Source: an uncultured Gammaproteobacteria bacterium
Lineage (GTDB): Bacteria > Patescibacteriota > Patescibacteriia > JAHIZJ01
Assembly (NCBI GenBank): GCA_964371245.1
Contig: CAYJKP010000002.1
Location: 257,469-321,468, forward strand
Direction: 5' to 3'
Length of the DNA: 64,000 nt
Shown here: positions 40,556-50,348 of the stretch, one piece after another
Layout of the letters: the number at the start of each line of letters is the position of its first letter
Numbering within the stretch: position 1 is the first letter of the stretch
Position numbers and translations under genes: made by a program
Notes under the pieces: generated by a model
Seen by the model: only the letters and a program-made list of their open reading frames with translations
Told to the model about the DNA's origin: nothing
Database searches by the model: none

Positions 40556-41248
40556 ATGAAAGTATCAACTGACAGGTTTAGTCAGCAGACATTTCGTAAA
40601 ACGGTCGGGAGCCAGCTGCGGCCCGGCTACGAGGTAAAACCGGGCAGCACCGTTGGAAATGTTTTGCGTAGCAAGAAAATGTCCGGCGTGTTTTACAAAC
40701 CCTCGGTGAGCAATAAGGAAATGATGGGGGCGATAAAAGCTGTACGGACAAACCGAACTATTTACAAAAACCTTGGAAAAAGCGTCCAATATGTCGTCGG
40801 CAAGGCAAAACAGGAGCAAAAAGAACAGCAGCGCGTCGAGAAAGTTGAAATACGAAAAGGCCAGCAACGCCAGGATCGGATGATAAAAGAAATGTTCGGT
40901 TGGCGAAAACAGGGCGAGGAAAAGCAGGGCTTGAGTTTGACCGACTTGCGGAAGAAGTCGGCCGGCGCCAGTCAGGGTACTGCTACCGGTAAATCAACTG
41001 CCGGCAAACCAGTCGGCGCCAATGCAAAATTCGCGCCGCGCAGTCGTGCCGCCTTGAGCACTCTCCCACGGTTGCACCGATCCTCAAGCGTCGAACGACC
41101 GGAGACGCATCCGGTGAATATTGAAGAGTTGAATAAAGAAGCGACAACGCCCGTTAAAAAAGAGGAAAAAACGCCGACAGAAAAGGCTGAACCGGCCGAA
41201 TCAAAATCGGAAAGTACGAGCAGCCCAGATGACATGATGCTGGATTAG
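40556..41248 (+). CDS. Basic hypothetical protein
   Basis: Long ORF bracketed by promoter and terminator; Lys-rich. Confidence 0.65.
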   Translation: MKVSTDRFSQQTFRKTVGSQLRPGYEVKPGSTVGNVLRSKKMSGVFYKPSVSNKEMMGAIKAVRTNRTIYKNLGKSVQYVVGKAKQEQKEQQRVEKVEIRKGQQRQDRMIKEMFGWRKQGEEKQGLSLTDLRKKSAGASQGTATGKSTAGKPVGANAKFAPRSRAALSTLPRLHRSSSVERPETHPVNIEELNKEATTPVKKEEKTPTEKAEPAESKSESTSSPDDMMLD

Positions 41249-41353
41249 AAGGATATTACAAAAACGAACCGCCACGAGCGGTTTTTTATTACCGAAGAAT
41301 GTTTTTTCTATGTGACACAATGAAACCGGTATTTTTATCCACACAACCTATTT

Positions 41354-41698
41354 TTATTTTTTGAGTTTTTTCGCAATGTTGTAATTCAGCTTTTCGCGCC
41401 AGTTTTCGGAATAGGTTTTTTCGCCTCGCAACAGTTCGTCACAGAACGCCGCCACATCCTCGCCGGTGATTTCTAGTGCACCCTTGCCGTTGGCCGCACC
41501 TTCCTCAAAGAGGTCAAGCAAACCCTTAAATATGTCAATTGATGAGCTAAGAAGCCCAGAACCTTTCCACAGGTACAGTTTAATTTCGCCATAGACGACC
41601 TGATAATCGCGCGGCAACTCTTTGGCGCGCGCTTCCATTGCATTCCACTCTTTTTTATCTTCAAAATCTCCTATTATCTTCTTTAAAAAGTCTTTCAT
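41354..41698 (-). CDS. DUF1048-family protein
   Basis: LP.DY...Y.EI..YLW, LLDLFEEGAA.G, G.DVAAFCDEL; paired with PadR. Confidence 0.85.
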   Translation of the reverse strand: MKDFLKKIIGDFEDKKEWNAMEARAKELPRDYQVVYGEIKLYLWKGSGLLSSSIDIFKGLLDLFEEGAANGKGALEITGEDVAAFCDELLRGEKTYSENWREKLNYNIAKKLKK

Positions 41699-42000
41699 TT
41701 GCTTCTCCTTAATTCATTAATTTTTGATAATACGAAGTTCCAGTTCGCCCAAAAATGGTGCAGCGCCTCGCGTCCCGCATTGTTAAGTGTGTAAAACTTG
41801 CGAGGCGGTCCCAGATCGGACGGTTTTTTCTCTATGTCAACAAGTTTGTTTTTTTCAAGCCGAACTAAAATGGTGTAGACCGTTCCTTCCACTACATCCG
41901 TAAAACCAAGCTGGCGCAGTTGCTTGGCTATATCATAGCCATAGGTCTTACCACGGCTGATGATCTCAAGCACACAGCCTTCAAGCACGCCTTTTAACAT
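41695..42000 (-). CDS. PadR-family regulator
   Basis: MLKGVLEGCVL, YGY, GTVY.IL.RLE, GPPRKFY. Confidence 0.9.
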   Translation of the reverse strand: MLKGVLEGCVLEIISRGKTYGYDIAKQLRQLGFTDVVEGTVYTILVRLEKNKLVDIEKKPSDLGPPRKFYTLNNAGREALHHFWANWNFVLSKINELRRSK

Positions 42001-42209
42001 TTCCGTAAGGTTTTCCAGAATATGTCTCCTTTATTTATATAATTTATTTAACATATATACAGTTCTATTTACTACCACTATATCGTATCACTGAGTAGCA
42101 GAGCTTGTCAATAGAGATAAAGAATATGACAGTCGAGCAGTCGTCAAATACTGAATAAATCTTAATTTTCCGCGTGGATCTGCTTATATGAAAAGTAATT
42201 ATCTAATTT

Positions 42210-42452
42210 TTATTTTCTATAAAACTCTCTTAGCCGCAATCGGCCAGCCCCGCTTTTCCACCATCTTTCTCGTTGTTTAGCTTCTTTTTTATTCGAATGT
42301 TTTTCCAAATACATGAGAGCAAGCGGTCGCCGATTTCTTGTCGAACGAACTTGGCCATTATTATGTTTGCCCAGTCGTCTCTGAAAATCATTTGTATACC
42401 CAACATAAGTGCGACGATCACGTAAGCTTTTTAATATGTAAACGTAGTACAT
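42210..42452 (-). CDS. Short GIY-YIG nuclease
   Basis: YYVYIL...YVGYT...R...HN.G...T...RP; A..RE...K. Confidence 0.88.
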   Translation of the reverse strand: MYYVYILKSLRDRRTYVGYTNDFQRRLGKHNNGQVRSTRNRRPLALMYLEKHSNKKEAKQRERWWKSGAGRLRLREFYRK

Positions 42453-42624
42453 AAAAACAGGGTTATACTCCCTGCCATTTTTCATGATAGATATGTTTTA
42501 TTTTCCTGAGCGGGCCGCCTTTGGCGAGCCTCGCATTCATTGGATCGGGCCGCTTCGCCCAGGACGAGCGAGCCTCGGCCTCCCTTGGCGGGCGACCCTC
42601 GCTCCAGCCTCGCCTTCGGCGCGC

Positions 42625-42699
42625 TGGAGCGGGTGAGCGGAATCGAACCGCCTTCTCGTCCTTGGCAAGGACGCATAATAACCGTTATACGACACCCGC
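42625..42699 (-). tRNA. tRNA-Gly(GCC)
   Basis: Anticodon arm CGTCC-TTGCCAA-GGACG, U discriminator, encoded CCA. Confidence 0.95.
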
Positions 42700-42826
42700 A
42701 CGTTTTATATAAATTACTTGGGGCCCCCGACGCATTTTGATGCGGTGGGGGGAGGGACGTGCTCAGTGAGGGCGCAGTGGAGTCAACTAGATTGACTACA
42801 CGGAGCCCGAACCGAGCTTCGGCCCG

Positions 42827-42900
42827 TGGAGGCGTGGAGGGGACTCGCACCCCTGTACGCGGTTTTGCAGACCGCTCCCTAACTCCTCGGGCACCACGCC
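42827..42900 (-). tRNA. tRNA-Cys(GCA)
   Basis: Anticodon arm GCGGT-CTGCAAA-ACCGC, T-loop TGCGAGT variant, ends TCCA. Confidence 0.9.
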
Positions 42901-42981
42901 GCAAATCCACGCCGGGGATAACACTTCAACAACTATACCAAAAACAAAGCGGAACGGTCAACGGCGCCCTATCTACCTGTC

Positions 42982-43491
42982 CTAGAGTATTTCTATCACC
43001 AGCGTTTTCACGCCCCACTGCTTGGCTTCCATTTTACTGGGCAGCCAAATGTCGAAATGGGTGCGGCTGGCACCGGCGCGTAAGCGATCTTCAACCACAA
43101 ATATTTTATCGCCGTATATTTCGGGAATTCGTATTCTCGTGCCGAACGGAAGGTGGTTATAGGCGATGATGCCCGAATGCGTTTTCGCGCCCGAGGCGGT
43201 CGTGAACGGATCGCTGTCCGTTTCATCGATGGAACTGGAATAGGCGGTTACGGTCGCACGCAGCGTTTTTCGGGCTGGCCGATCAGCAATCTCCGGCAGT
43301 TTACAGACAATTTCCGGCTGGTTGGACGACACCAACGCGACCGGCTGTTCGTCCATTTCAGGCTGTGACAAGGCAGTACCGATTTCAGCGGCCACGGATC
43401 GTGGGTAAATAAACTCGAGTAAGGCGATAACGCTTAGCCAAAAAACAAACTTTTGGCTACGGGCGAGTTTATTGAATGTTGGCTTAAACAT
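42982..43491 (-). CDS. 3D-domain secreted protein
   Basis: TAYSS...TD.DP..TASG, LPFGT, VEDR, FDIW. Confidence 0.85.
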   Translation of the reverse strand: MFKPTFNKLARSQKFVFWLSVIALLEFIYPRSVAAEIGTALSQPEMDEQPVALVSSNQPEIVCKLPEIADRPARKTLRATVTAYSSSIDETDSDPFTTASGAKTHSGIIAYNHLPFGTRIRIPEIYGDKIFVVEDRLRAGASRTHFDIWLPSKMEAKQWGVKTLVIEIL

Positions 43492-43639
43492 AAGGGTTCT
43501 GATTAATTAAAAAAACCCTGTCTTTTCAGGATTTTTTCGTTTTCTGGCCGTATCCTATCACACCTCAGCCATGGTGTCAATAGTAGGGTGCGGCCCCTTT
43601 GAACCCCCGTTCGGTAACTTGTTTTCCTCTAATTTGCTA

Positions 43640-43828
43640 TTATTTCAAGGAAATTGCCTGACTTGGGCAACTGTCGACCGCCGCCTGGCAATCGCACTCG
43701 CCCGTTTCGCAACCAGCCGCGTTAATCACGTCGGATTTACCGTCGTCGCCTATGGCGAAAACGGTTGGGCAGAGCGAAACGCAGGTTCCGCAGCCGATGC
43801 ATTTTTCCTTATCTACTTGTGGTTTCAT
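43640..43828 (-). CDS. Single-cluster ferredoxin
   Basis: CIGCGTC...CP motif. Confidence 0.9.
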   Translation of the reverse strand: MKPQVDKEKCIGCGTCVSLCPTVFAIGDDGKSDVINAAGCETGECDCQAAVDSCPSQAISLK

Positions 43829-44391
43829 TGTTTTGAGTTAACGGTTTCCGCTTGAATAAGCTTTTCCCTCGATGCCACCCGTCGTCGAATCGCCTCGGCA
43901 ATAGTAAATCCGGCCGTGACAAAAACAAGATTACCAACCAGCTGATATTTCAAAAACGGTATACCCATGTAATAGCAGTAGAGCAGTCCGTTGAGACCGC
44001 GTTCGTACCACGGGGTCATGAACCAAACGCCAAAATTGGTATAGAGGTAGAAGAAGAGCGTAAAGAAGAGACCGAGACCGACGCCCTTGGCAGTGAGCCA
44101 GCGCCGGCGTGTCTGTCGAAGCAGATAACCAGCCAATCCGCCGACCAAATACGCCGACCAGGTGAAGAGGAATATTCCTGTGTTGCCGATGAAAAAGTCA
44201 GATCCGGCCATGACGCCAAACGGCACGACAAGCGCAAACCAGCCGCCCAAATAAAACCCGGCGAGCAATGACAGGACCGTGACAATTTCAACGTTCGGCG
44301 CGATTGGATGATCGTGGAAAAATAGCCGACTGGCAATTCCGACAGCGATCATGGCAACGGCGAGAAGGAGTTTTTTTTGATATCGCTTCAT
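43825..44391 (-). CDS. DUF6580-like membrane protein, probable ECF-type B12 S-component
   Basis: PN motif, FY..TNFGVW, Y...GL..CY..GIPF; downstream of cobalamin riboswitch. Confidence 0.7.
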   Translation of the reverse strand: MKRYQKKLLLAVAMIAVGIASRLFFHDHPIAPNVEIVTVLSLLAGFYLGGWFALVVPFGVMAGSDFFIGNTGIFLFTWSAYLVGGLAGYLLRQTRRRWLTAKGVGLGLFFTLFFYLYTNFGVWFMTPWYERGLNGLLYCYYMGIPFLKYQLVGNLVFVTAGFTIAEAIRRRVASREKLIQAETVNSKQ

Positions 44392-44396
44392 GGCCG

Positions 44397-44855
44397 TTAA
44401 AAATTGCTTTTCTCAAAGCGAAATTCTATCGCGTCGCCGACTTTGACCTGATATTGATCGGCCGCCACTTGGCCGAGCGTTCCGTTTACGTAGTACGCCC
44501 AGTATTTATCGTCAGTACCATTCGCCACCGAACCAATGCCCTCAACGAGCGTACCCATGTCTCCGTAGTCTTTTGTTTTTAATTCGAGATTGTTCTTTTG
44601 TGTCGCATAGGTCAGGAGATCAAGCGCGGTGGCGCCGTTCGTGGGCAGATTTTCCACCCCTTCGGTCAACGGTTCTTCCAGTCCCTGGATGGCGACGCTC
44701 GCCTGTGCGCTTGTCGACACGCCTTTTACATTGGTGCGAAACTGAGCCACGGCCACGACATCGTTTGGCGTGGTCTGGGCTGATGTAAAAATGAGCGCGC
44801 CGGCAATGATGGCGACAATCCCGAGAATTGCGAAATGAATTCGTGTGCGTTTCAT
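44397..44855 (-). CDS. DUF4430 (transcobalamin-like C-terminal) protein
   Basis: G..VEGIG...NG...YWAYYVNG.....AD motif; N-terminal anchor. Confidence 0.8.
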   Translation of the reverse strand: MKRTRIHFAILGIVAIIAGALIFTSAQTTPNDVVAVAQFRTNVKGVSTSAQASVAIQGLEEPLTEGVENLPTNGATALDLLTYATQKNNLELKTKDYGDMGTLVEGIGSVANGTDDKYWAYYVNGTLGQVAADQYQVKVGDAIEFRFEKSNF

Positions 44856-44949
44856 ACTTGCTATATGTTACGAATTAGCGAAACAAAAAACCCGCGTTCC
44901 TCGATCGGGACGGGGCGAAAAAGACGCCCTTTCTTTCGACCGAAGATTG

Positions 44950-45110
44950 GCTGCACGAGGGTATCCTGACTTATGGAGGATTGGCTTAACGCGCCTTCCC
45001 GCACCAGTCGAACGAGGCTCGGCTGACGCAGTGGTTTTGGCGTCTTGCTTCTCCACATACAGTGGCGGGACCGTGCTGGATTCTCACCAGCTTCCCCTGT
45101 TAAATTGTGA
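44950..45110 (-). promoter_or_regulatory. Cobalamin riboswitch
   Basis: GGGAAGCTGGTGAGAATCCAGCACGGTCCCGCCACTGT, CCACTG...GGGAAGGC and B12-box AGTCAGGATACC. Confidence 0.92.
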
Positions 45111-45159
45111 ATCAGCTCTTCGTTATCAGAATAGCGCGTCGGCGCGCCACTGTCAATTG

Positions 45160-45693
45160 CTAATAATCAATGCCTGGCTGGGCGAGCTTACCTTTTTGAA
45201 ACGGATGCTTGATCTCTTTCATTTCCGTGACGAGATCAGCGAGTGAAACGAGGCGTGGGCTGGCCTGCCGGCCCGTCAAGACGAGGGTCAATGATGGCGG
45301 TTTCGTTCGGATGAGCGATATAACATCGGCCAGACGTATCAATTTCCCTTTGATCGCGCCGTTTATTTCATCCAGGATCAGAACGTCGCAACGCCGCATT
45401 AAGTTTTTTGCGCGGCGCAACGCGGCGCGGGCGGCGCGGACGTGGTCCTTCCGTTTCCGTCGATCGTTCAAGATCCCGACGAAGCCGAGACCGAGCGAAT
45501 AAATCGGAAACGGGAGCTTTACGTGTTTCGCCAGGAATTGTTCACCCGACTCGCGATCGGATTTCACGAATTGGAGCATGACCACTTTCTTCCCCCGGGC
45601 CGACGCGCGCAAGGCTAGGCCGAGCGCCGCCGTTGTTTTCCCTTTTCCATTACCGGTGTAGATGATGGTTAAACCGGGAAATGTCGGTTTCAT
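45160..45693 (-). CDS. cobO: Cob(I)alamin adenosyltransferase CobO/BtuR
   Basis: IYTGNGKGKTTAALG, QFVK, ILDEI, LTGR, ADLVTEM..IKHPF..G.....GID. Confidence 0.92.
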   Translation of the reverse strand: MKPTFPGLTIIYTGNGKGKTTAALGLALRASARGKKVVMLQFVKSDRESGEQFLAKHVKLPFPIYSLGLGFVGILNDRRKRKDHVRAARAALRRAKNLMRRCDVLILDEINGAIKGKLIRLADVISLIRTKPPSLTLVLTGRQASPRLVSLADLVTEMKEIKHPFQKGKLAQPGIDY

Positions 45694-45697
45694 GGAC

Positions 45698-47986
45698 TTA
45701 GGAAATACTGCAGGCTGAAAAACCACAGTTGGTGCACGTTTTGCACCCCTCTTTTATCTCAAGTTTCGCGCCGCAGTCCGGACATTTATCTTTATCAACG
45801 ATTTTGCTCAAAGCTACTTCTTGCTTCGTCGAGGCGTTGCCAACCGCGTCGTCGTTTGTGACCGCCTTTTTTTCCGGACTGGCTCCAATATTCAGCACTT
45901 GCGTGTCCCGGCTGCGATCGCGATAAATCGTCACGCCTTTGCAACCGAGCTTATAGGCCAGCATATACACTTTTTCAACATCCGCAATCGTCGCGTCATG
46001 AGGAAAGTTCACCGTTTTCGAAACGGCGTTGTCCGTATACTTTTGAAACGCGGCCTGCATCTTGATGTGGTCTTCCGGCGTGATATCGTGGGCGGTCACG
46101 AAGACTTTGCGGATCCGCTCCGGTATTTCCGGAAATTCCTGGATGGTGCCCTTTTCCGCGATTTTGCGCATCAATTCATCGCTGTAAAAGCCCTGCTCTT
46201 TCGCAACTTTCTCAAAATACGGATTTACCTCAACCAGTTCATCGCCCGAGTCGAGGATGTTCCGGCGTATGTAGGAGATGGCGAATAGCGGTTCAATGCC
46301 CGACGAGCTGCCGGCGATAATAGAGATGGTGCCGGTCGGGGCGATTGTTGTCCGCGTTGAATTTCTGATTTTCTTGCCTTTTTTCTTGTTGTAGGTGCTT
46401 TGAGGAAAGCTCGGAAAAGCGCCCCGGATTTCTGACAGCGCCTCGGAAGCTTCGCGCGCCTCGTTTGATATAAACTGCATTATCTTCTCGGCGAGCTTCA
46501 AGGCTTCAGCCGAATTATACGGAATTTCCAGCTGGATCAGCAGATCGGCAAAGCCCATGACGCCCATGCCAATTTTCCTGTTTTTCTCAACCATTTCCTC
46601 GATCTGAGTTAATGGAAAACGGTTCATGTCGATCACGTTGTCCAAGAAATGGGTGGCGGTTTGCACCACGCGGCGCAATTTGTCCCAATCGATTTCTTTT
46701 TTCTCGCTGACGAGGCGCGAGAGATTGATCGAACCAAGGTTACACGACTCATAGGGCAAGAGCGGTTGCTCACCACAGGGGTTGGTCGATTCGATTTCGC
46801 CGAGCGCCGGCGTTGGGTTGTCTCGATTGATCCGGTCGATAAAGATGATGCCCGGATCGCCGTTCTTCCAAGCCATCGTGGTCATAAGATCGAAAACTTT
46901 CCGGGCCGGCATCTTCTTGAAGACCAGTCGGTTGCGGGGGTTGATCAGGTCATACTCGCGGTCTTTCTCAACCGCTTTCATAAATTCCTCGGTTATCGCC
47001 ACCGAAATATTGAAGTTGTTGAGCTCGGCATTATTCTCTTTACAGGTGATAAATTCAAGAATGTCCGGATGGTCCACTCGGATAATGCCCATGTTGGCTC
47101 CGCGTCTGGTTCCACCCTGCTTGACCGCTTCGGTCGCGGCGTTAAAAACCTTCATGAACGAAATCGGCCCGGAGGCGATTCCGCCGGTCGACTTGACGAT
47201 ATCGCCGGACGGACGCAGCCGGGTAAAGCTGAAACCGGTGCCGCCGCCGCTCTGATGAATCAGGGCGGTATTTTTGATCGCTTCAAAAATGCTCTCCATT
47301 GAATCGTCGACCGGGAGAACAAAACAACCGGCTAACTGCTGGAGATCGCGGCCAGCATTCATCAGGGTCGGCGAATTCGGCAAAAATTCCATGTTACTGA
47401 GGACTTCGTAAAATTCCTTGGCTGTGTCCTCGATATTGACGTCCTGATGATACAGCGTCTTATACAAATTGTCCGCGTAGGCAATATTGTTGGCCACCCG
47501 CTTGAACATCTCTTCCGGCGTTTCCGTGACCTTGCCCTGTTCGTCTTTGCGGAGATAGCGCTTCTGCAAAACGACCATCGCGTTCGGCGTCGATTTCACC
47601 TCAACGCGGTAGGATTGCAACATTTTCCGGGCTTCGCGGATTTCCTTGTGTTTCTGGCGGTAGAGGATGAACGACTTCGCCACCCGGTACTGGTTTTCTC
47701 GAATCAACACCTCCTCGACAATATCCTGGACGCCTTCGACTGTCGGGATTTCGCCCGCCGGGAGACGCTCGGTCAAGATGGCGGCTACTTCGCTCGCCAT
47801 GCGCTTGGCTTGGGCTTTATTCACTTCGTTGACGGAGTGCATGGCCTTCATGATCGCCAGGGCGATTTTGTTATGATCGAACGGTACAATCTGGCCGTCG
47901 CGCTTCCGGATCTGTTGCGCGTGTTGTTTGACGAGCCGGGCGAAGAGCTTGGTGGGAAAATCGGTCGAGGGAGTGAACTTTGCCAT
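45698..47986 (-). CDS. nrdJ: Class II B12-dependent ribonucleotide reductase with ATP-cone
   Basis: ATP-cone, PNSPTLMNAG, TNPCGEQPL, TIAPTGT, KGVTIYRD, C-terminal CPDC/CTNC. Confidence 0.93.
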   Translation of the reverse strand: MAKFTPSTDFPTKLFARLVKQHAQQIRKRDGQIVPFDHNKIALAIMKAMHSVNEVNKAQAKRMASEVAAILTERLPAGEIPTVEGVQDIVEEVLIRENQYRVAKSFILYRQKHKEIREARKMLQSYRVEVKSTPNAMVVLQKRYLRKDEQGKVTETPEEMFKRVANNIAYADNLYKTLYHQDVNIEDTAKEFYEVLSNMEFLPNSPTLMNAGRDLQQLAGCFVLPVDDSMESIFEAIKNTALIHQSGGGTGFSFTRLRPSGDIVKSTGGIASGPISFMKVFNAATEAVKQGGTRRGANMGIIRVDHPDILEFITCKENNAELNNFNISVAITEEFMKAVEKDREYDLINPRNRLVFKKMPARKVFDLMTTMAWKNGDPGIIFIDRINRDNPTPALGEIESTNPCGEQPLLPYESCNLGSINLSRLVSEKKEIDWDKLRRVVQTATHFLDNVIDMNRFPLTQIEEMVEKNRKIGMGVMGFADLLIQLEIPYNSAEALKLAEKIMQFISNEAREASEALSEIRGAFPSFPQSTYNKKKGKKIRNSTRTTIAPTGTISIIAGSSSGIEPLFAISYIRRNILDSGDELVEVNPYFEKVAKEQGFYSDELMRKIAEKGTIQEFPEIPERIRKVFVTAHDITPEDHIKMQAAFQKYTDNAVSKTVNFPHDATIADVEKVYMLAYKLGCKGVTIYRDRSRDTQVLNIGASPEKKAVTNDDAVGNASTKQEVALSKIVDKDKCPDCGAKLEIKEGCKTCTNCGFSACSIS

Positions 47987-48002
47987 ATAAGTATTTTTAT
48001 GA

Positions 48003-48455
48003 TTATTGAATATTTTTTAATTTATCTATTTCCACGTCAAAGGTCTGGATATCGGGAAAAGACTTGTAAACCGAAGCGAAACGCAAATAGGCTACCGGAT
48101 CAAAGCTTTTAAGCTTTTCAATAACGATTTGCCCGATTTTTTGGCTCGAAATATGGGGGCAAGCGTTCTTTTGTATTTCCACTTCAATGGCCGCAATCAG
48201 CCGCTGGACCTGCTCCTCGCCGGCCGGTCGCTTTTCGAGGGCTTTTCTGATGCCGGATTCCAGCTTTGAACGGCGATAGGTCTCATGGCTGCCGTCTTTC
48301 TTGATCACCTGGACATCGAGCAGCTCGATTTGCTCGTGGGTCGTGAAGCGAAACTGACAGCTCGTACATTCGCGGCGACGGCGGACCATCATATCGCTGT
48401 TCACCGAACGTGAATCAACAACCTTGGTTTCGGCATGACACAAGGGGCAGAGCAT
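48003..48455 (-). CDS. nrdR: Transcriptional repressor NrdR
   Basis: CPLC...VVDSR, RRRREC..C..RFTT.E, AYLRFASVY. Confidence 0.96.
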   Translation of the reverse strand: MLCPLCHAETKVVDSRSVNSDMMVRRRRECTSCQFRFTTHEQIELLDVQVIKKDGSHETYRRSKLESGIRKALEKRPAGEEQVQRLIAAIEVEIQKNACPHISSQKIGQIVIEKLKSFDPVAYLRFASVYKSFPDIQTFDVEIDKLKNIQ

Positions 48456-48546
48456 GGTATCGAAAAATAAAGATAAAAAGGTGTTTTTATGACCACGAAT
48501 GAGGTGCAAAAAAAATCGCCGTCTGATTTGCGCAAATCTGTCACCG

Positions 48547-48600
48547 CAACTATATCTCGTGGTGCAATTACTATTATATCACGAGGTCAGGTAGTGTCAA
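48547..48600 (-). promoter_or_regulatory. nrdR-nrdJ promoter with NrdR box
   Basis: TTGACA-16-TATAAT (48600-48573) followed by CCACGAGATATAGTTG resembling the NrdR-box consensus. Confidence 0.65.
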
Positions 48601-48723
48601 AACGGTCAATTAATTTATTTTTTTCGCTCAGGTCAGTGGTTTATGCCTATGTGTCGTCTAATGCTTTATAATAATGTGGATAACTTCGCCTGTACTAAAA
48701 AGAAATTTGCCAATCTCATCAAG

Positions 48724-48984
48724 TTACTTCATATCACCCTCAATTTCTTGGAGAATGCAGTCGTGACCGTCGACGTGACGAATTATTATCTCGGCTTTTT
48801 CAGCAATCGTGTCCTGGCGCAACAGGTTGAGATTAAACGTCAGATTATCGGCGCTTATAACATCACCGTGGTCTTCAATGTGACCAAGGGAAATAACCAG
48901 TTTTGTTATTTTCTTCAACTTTTTTTGTTTCGCGGTTGCCAAGGCAGCCTTGAGGATGTCTTGAGCGGCATAGAGGTCGTGCAT
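48724..48984 (-). CDS. hypA: Short HypA-like nickel chaperone lacking the zinc-finger
   Basis: N-terminal MHD, L.FN...L...TIAE.AEI, last gene of hydrogenase cluster; no CxxC pairs. Confidence 0.65.
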   Translation of the reverse strand: MHDLYAAQDILKAALATAKQKKLKKITKLVISLGHIEDHGDVISADNLTFNLNLLRQDTIAEKAEIIIRHVDGHDCILQEIEGDMK

Positions 48985-48992
48985 ATAGAAGA

Positions 48993-49085
48993 CAATTAAT
49001 AATTCATAATTGATAAGTAATAATTATTGACGTCCCGCAACGGGACTACTATCATTCTTCTTTCTGAATTTTGAATTCTTAATTT
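48993..49085. repeat. AT-rich heptamer repeat element with central GC hairpin, copy A
   Basis: AATTNNN 7-mer periodicity, AATAATTATTG, GTCCCG/CGGGAC core, inverse TGAATT units. Confidence 0.55.
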
Positions 49086-49087
49086 CT

Positions 49088-50338
49088 TCAGTGGGTGGCA
49101 CAGGTCATGCAGGGATCGTAGGCCCGCACCATCGTTTTAATACGTTGCTGTGGAACTGAGCGGGTGGTTTTCCCCTGCAAATATTCTTTCAAATCAGCCT
49201 CGAGGTTCGAGAGCATTTGAACCGTCGGTGTAATAATGTTGCAGGCGGCTATTTTTCCGTCTTTTCCTATGGTATACGCGTGATAGAGCGTGCCGCGTGG
49301 CGCTTCGACTGCGCCAACACCTCGACCTGCCTTCAGTGTAAATGTTTTCAGCGGCTGTGTCAGGGCGCGTGAGCCGAAGGAGCGGAGTAGTTTTTGAGCT
49401 TCCTCAAGACAGTGCATAATTTCAATTAGTTGGGCAAAGATATTATAGAGCGGGTTGTAAATCGGACGCTTCGGCAGATATTTGATAATTGATTTGGCTT
49501 TCGGATTCAGTGCCTGTTCGTTTAGGTGGAGCCGGGCCAGTGCGCCGACAAAATAACTCCGGCCTTTCCAATAGGCGCGTTTCGACATTTCGTACGGTCG
49601 CTGAATCTCGGTGACGTCGTGTTCAAATTGCTTTACTGGAATACTCAATCCCGTTGTCGAACGGATGGCGTCGCCCTGGTAAAAGGCATAATGACTGTTG
49701 CTGACCAGCGCGTAGTATTCGGTCGGCCGAGTGAACTCTGGAAACTGGATACCTTTATATACTTCGACCAGCGCCCAGACGTGATCAATGATTTCCGGAA
49801 TCTCCCGGCTCAGTTTATGGAGCTCGTCCGGTTTGGGTAGTTTCGTAAAGCCGCCCACTGTCGTTCGGAGCGGGTGGATGCTTCGGCCGCCGAGAGTCGT
49901 AATCAGCTGGTTTCCAAAATCGCGTATTTTCAGGGCGTTTAAGGTGGCAACCGGGAATTTTTTCGTCAGATCGAAAGCGTGCGGCAGATTGAAATAATCG
50001 CCCAAGGCCATGAAATAGGCATGCAATGAATGACTCTGGATCGTTTGGCCGAGTTCCATTATTTCCCGAAGGATCGCGTTTTGCGTGGAGAGCCGGATAT
50101 CGAGCGCGTTTTCCAGAGCTTTCAGGGAGCATAAATTATGGACCACCGGGCAAACACCGCAGATGCGCGCGGTGATCAGCGGCGCTTCTTGATACGAGCG
50201 GCCGATAAGGAGGGCTTCGATTAAACGAGCGCCCTCATTGGTTTTAATCTTGGCCTCTTTCACCCGCCCGCCTTCCAAGTCAGCCACAAACCCGCCGTGG
50301 CCTTCAATCTTCGCGATGTGTTTGATTGTTATTTTCAT
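49088..50338 (-). CDS. [NiFe]-hydrogenase large subunit, group 3b-like
   Basis: KIEGH, RICGVCP (L1), EAPRG, YDPCMTCATH (L2) ending at His. Confidence 0.92.
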   Translation of the reverse strand: MKITIKHIAKIEGHGGFVADLEGGRVKEAKIKTNEGARLIEALLIGRSYQEAPLITARICGVCPVVHNLCSLKALENALDIRLSTQNAILREIMELGQTIQSHSLHAYFMALGDYFNLPHAFDLTKKFPVATLNALKIRDFGNQLITTLGGRSIHPLRTTVGGFTKLPKPDELHKLSREIPEIIDHVWALVEVYKGIQFPEFTRPTEYYALVSNSHYAFYQGDAIRSTTGLSIPVKQFEHDVTEIQRPYEMSKRAYWKGRSYFVGALARLHLNEQALNPKAKSIIKYLPKRPIYNPLYNIFAQLIEIMHCLEEAQKLLRSFGSRALTQPLKTFTLKAGRGVGAVEAPRGTLYHAYTIGKDGKIAACNIITPTVQMLSNLEADLKEYLQGKTTRSVPQQRIKTMVRAYDPCMTCATH

Positions 50339-50348
50339 GGTGGTGTAA

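Noticed and set aside
42482-43169. ORFs overlapping tRNA-Gly and tRNA-Cys
   Set aside because: Translations of tRNA and hairpin sequence
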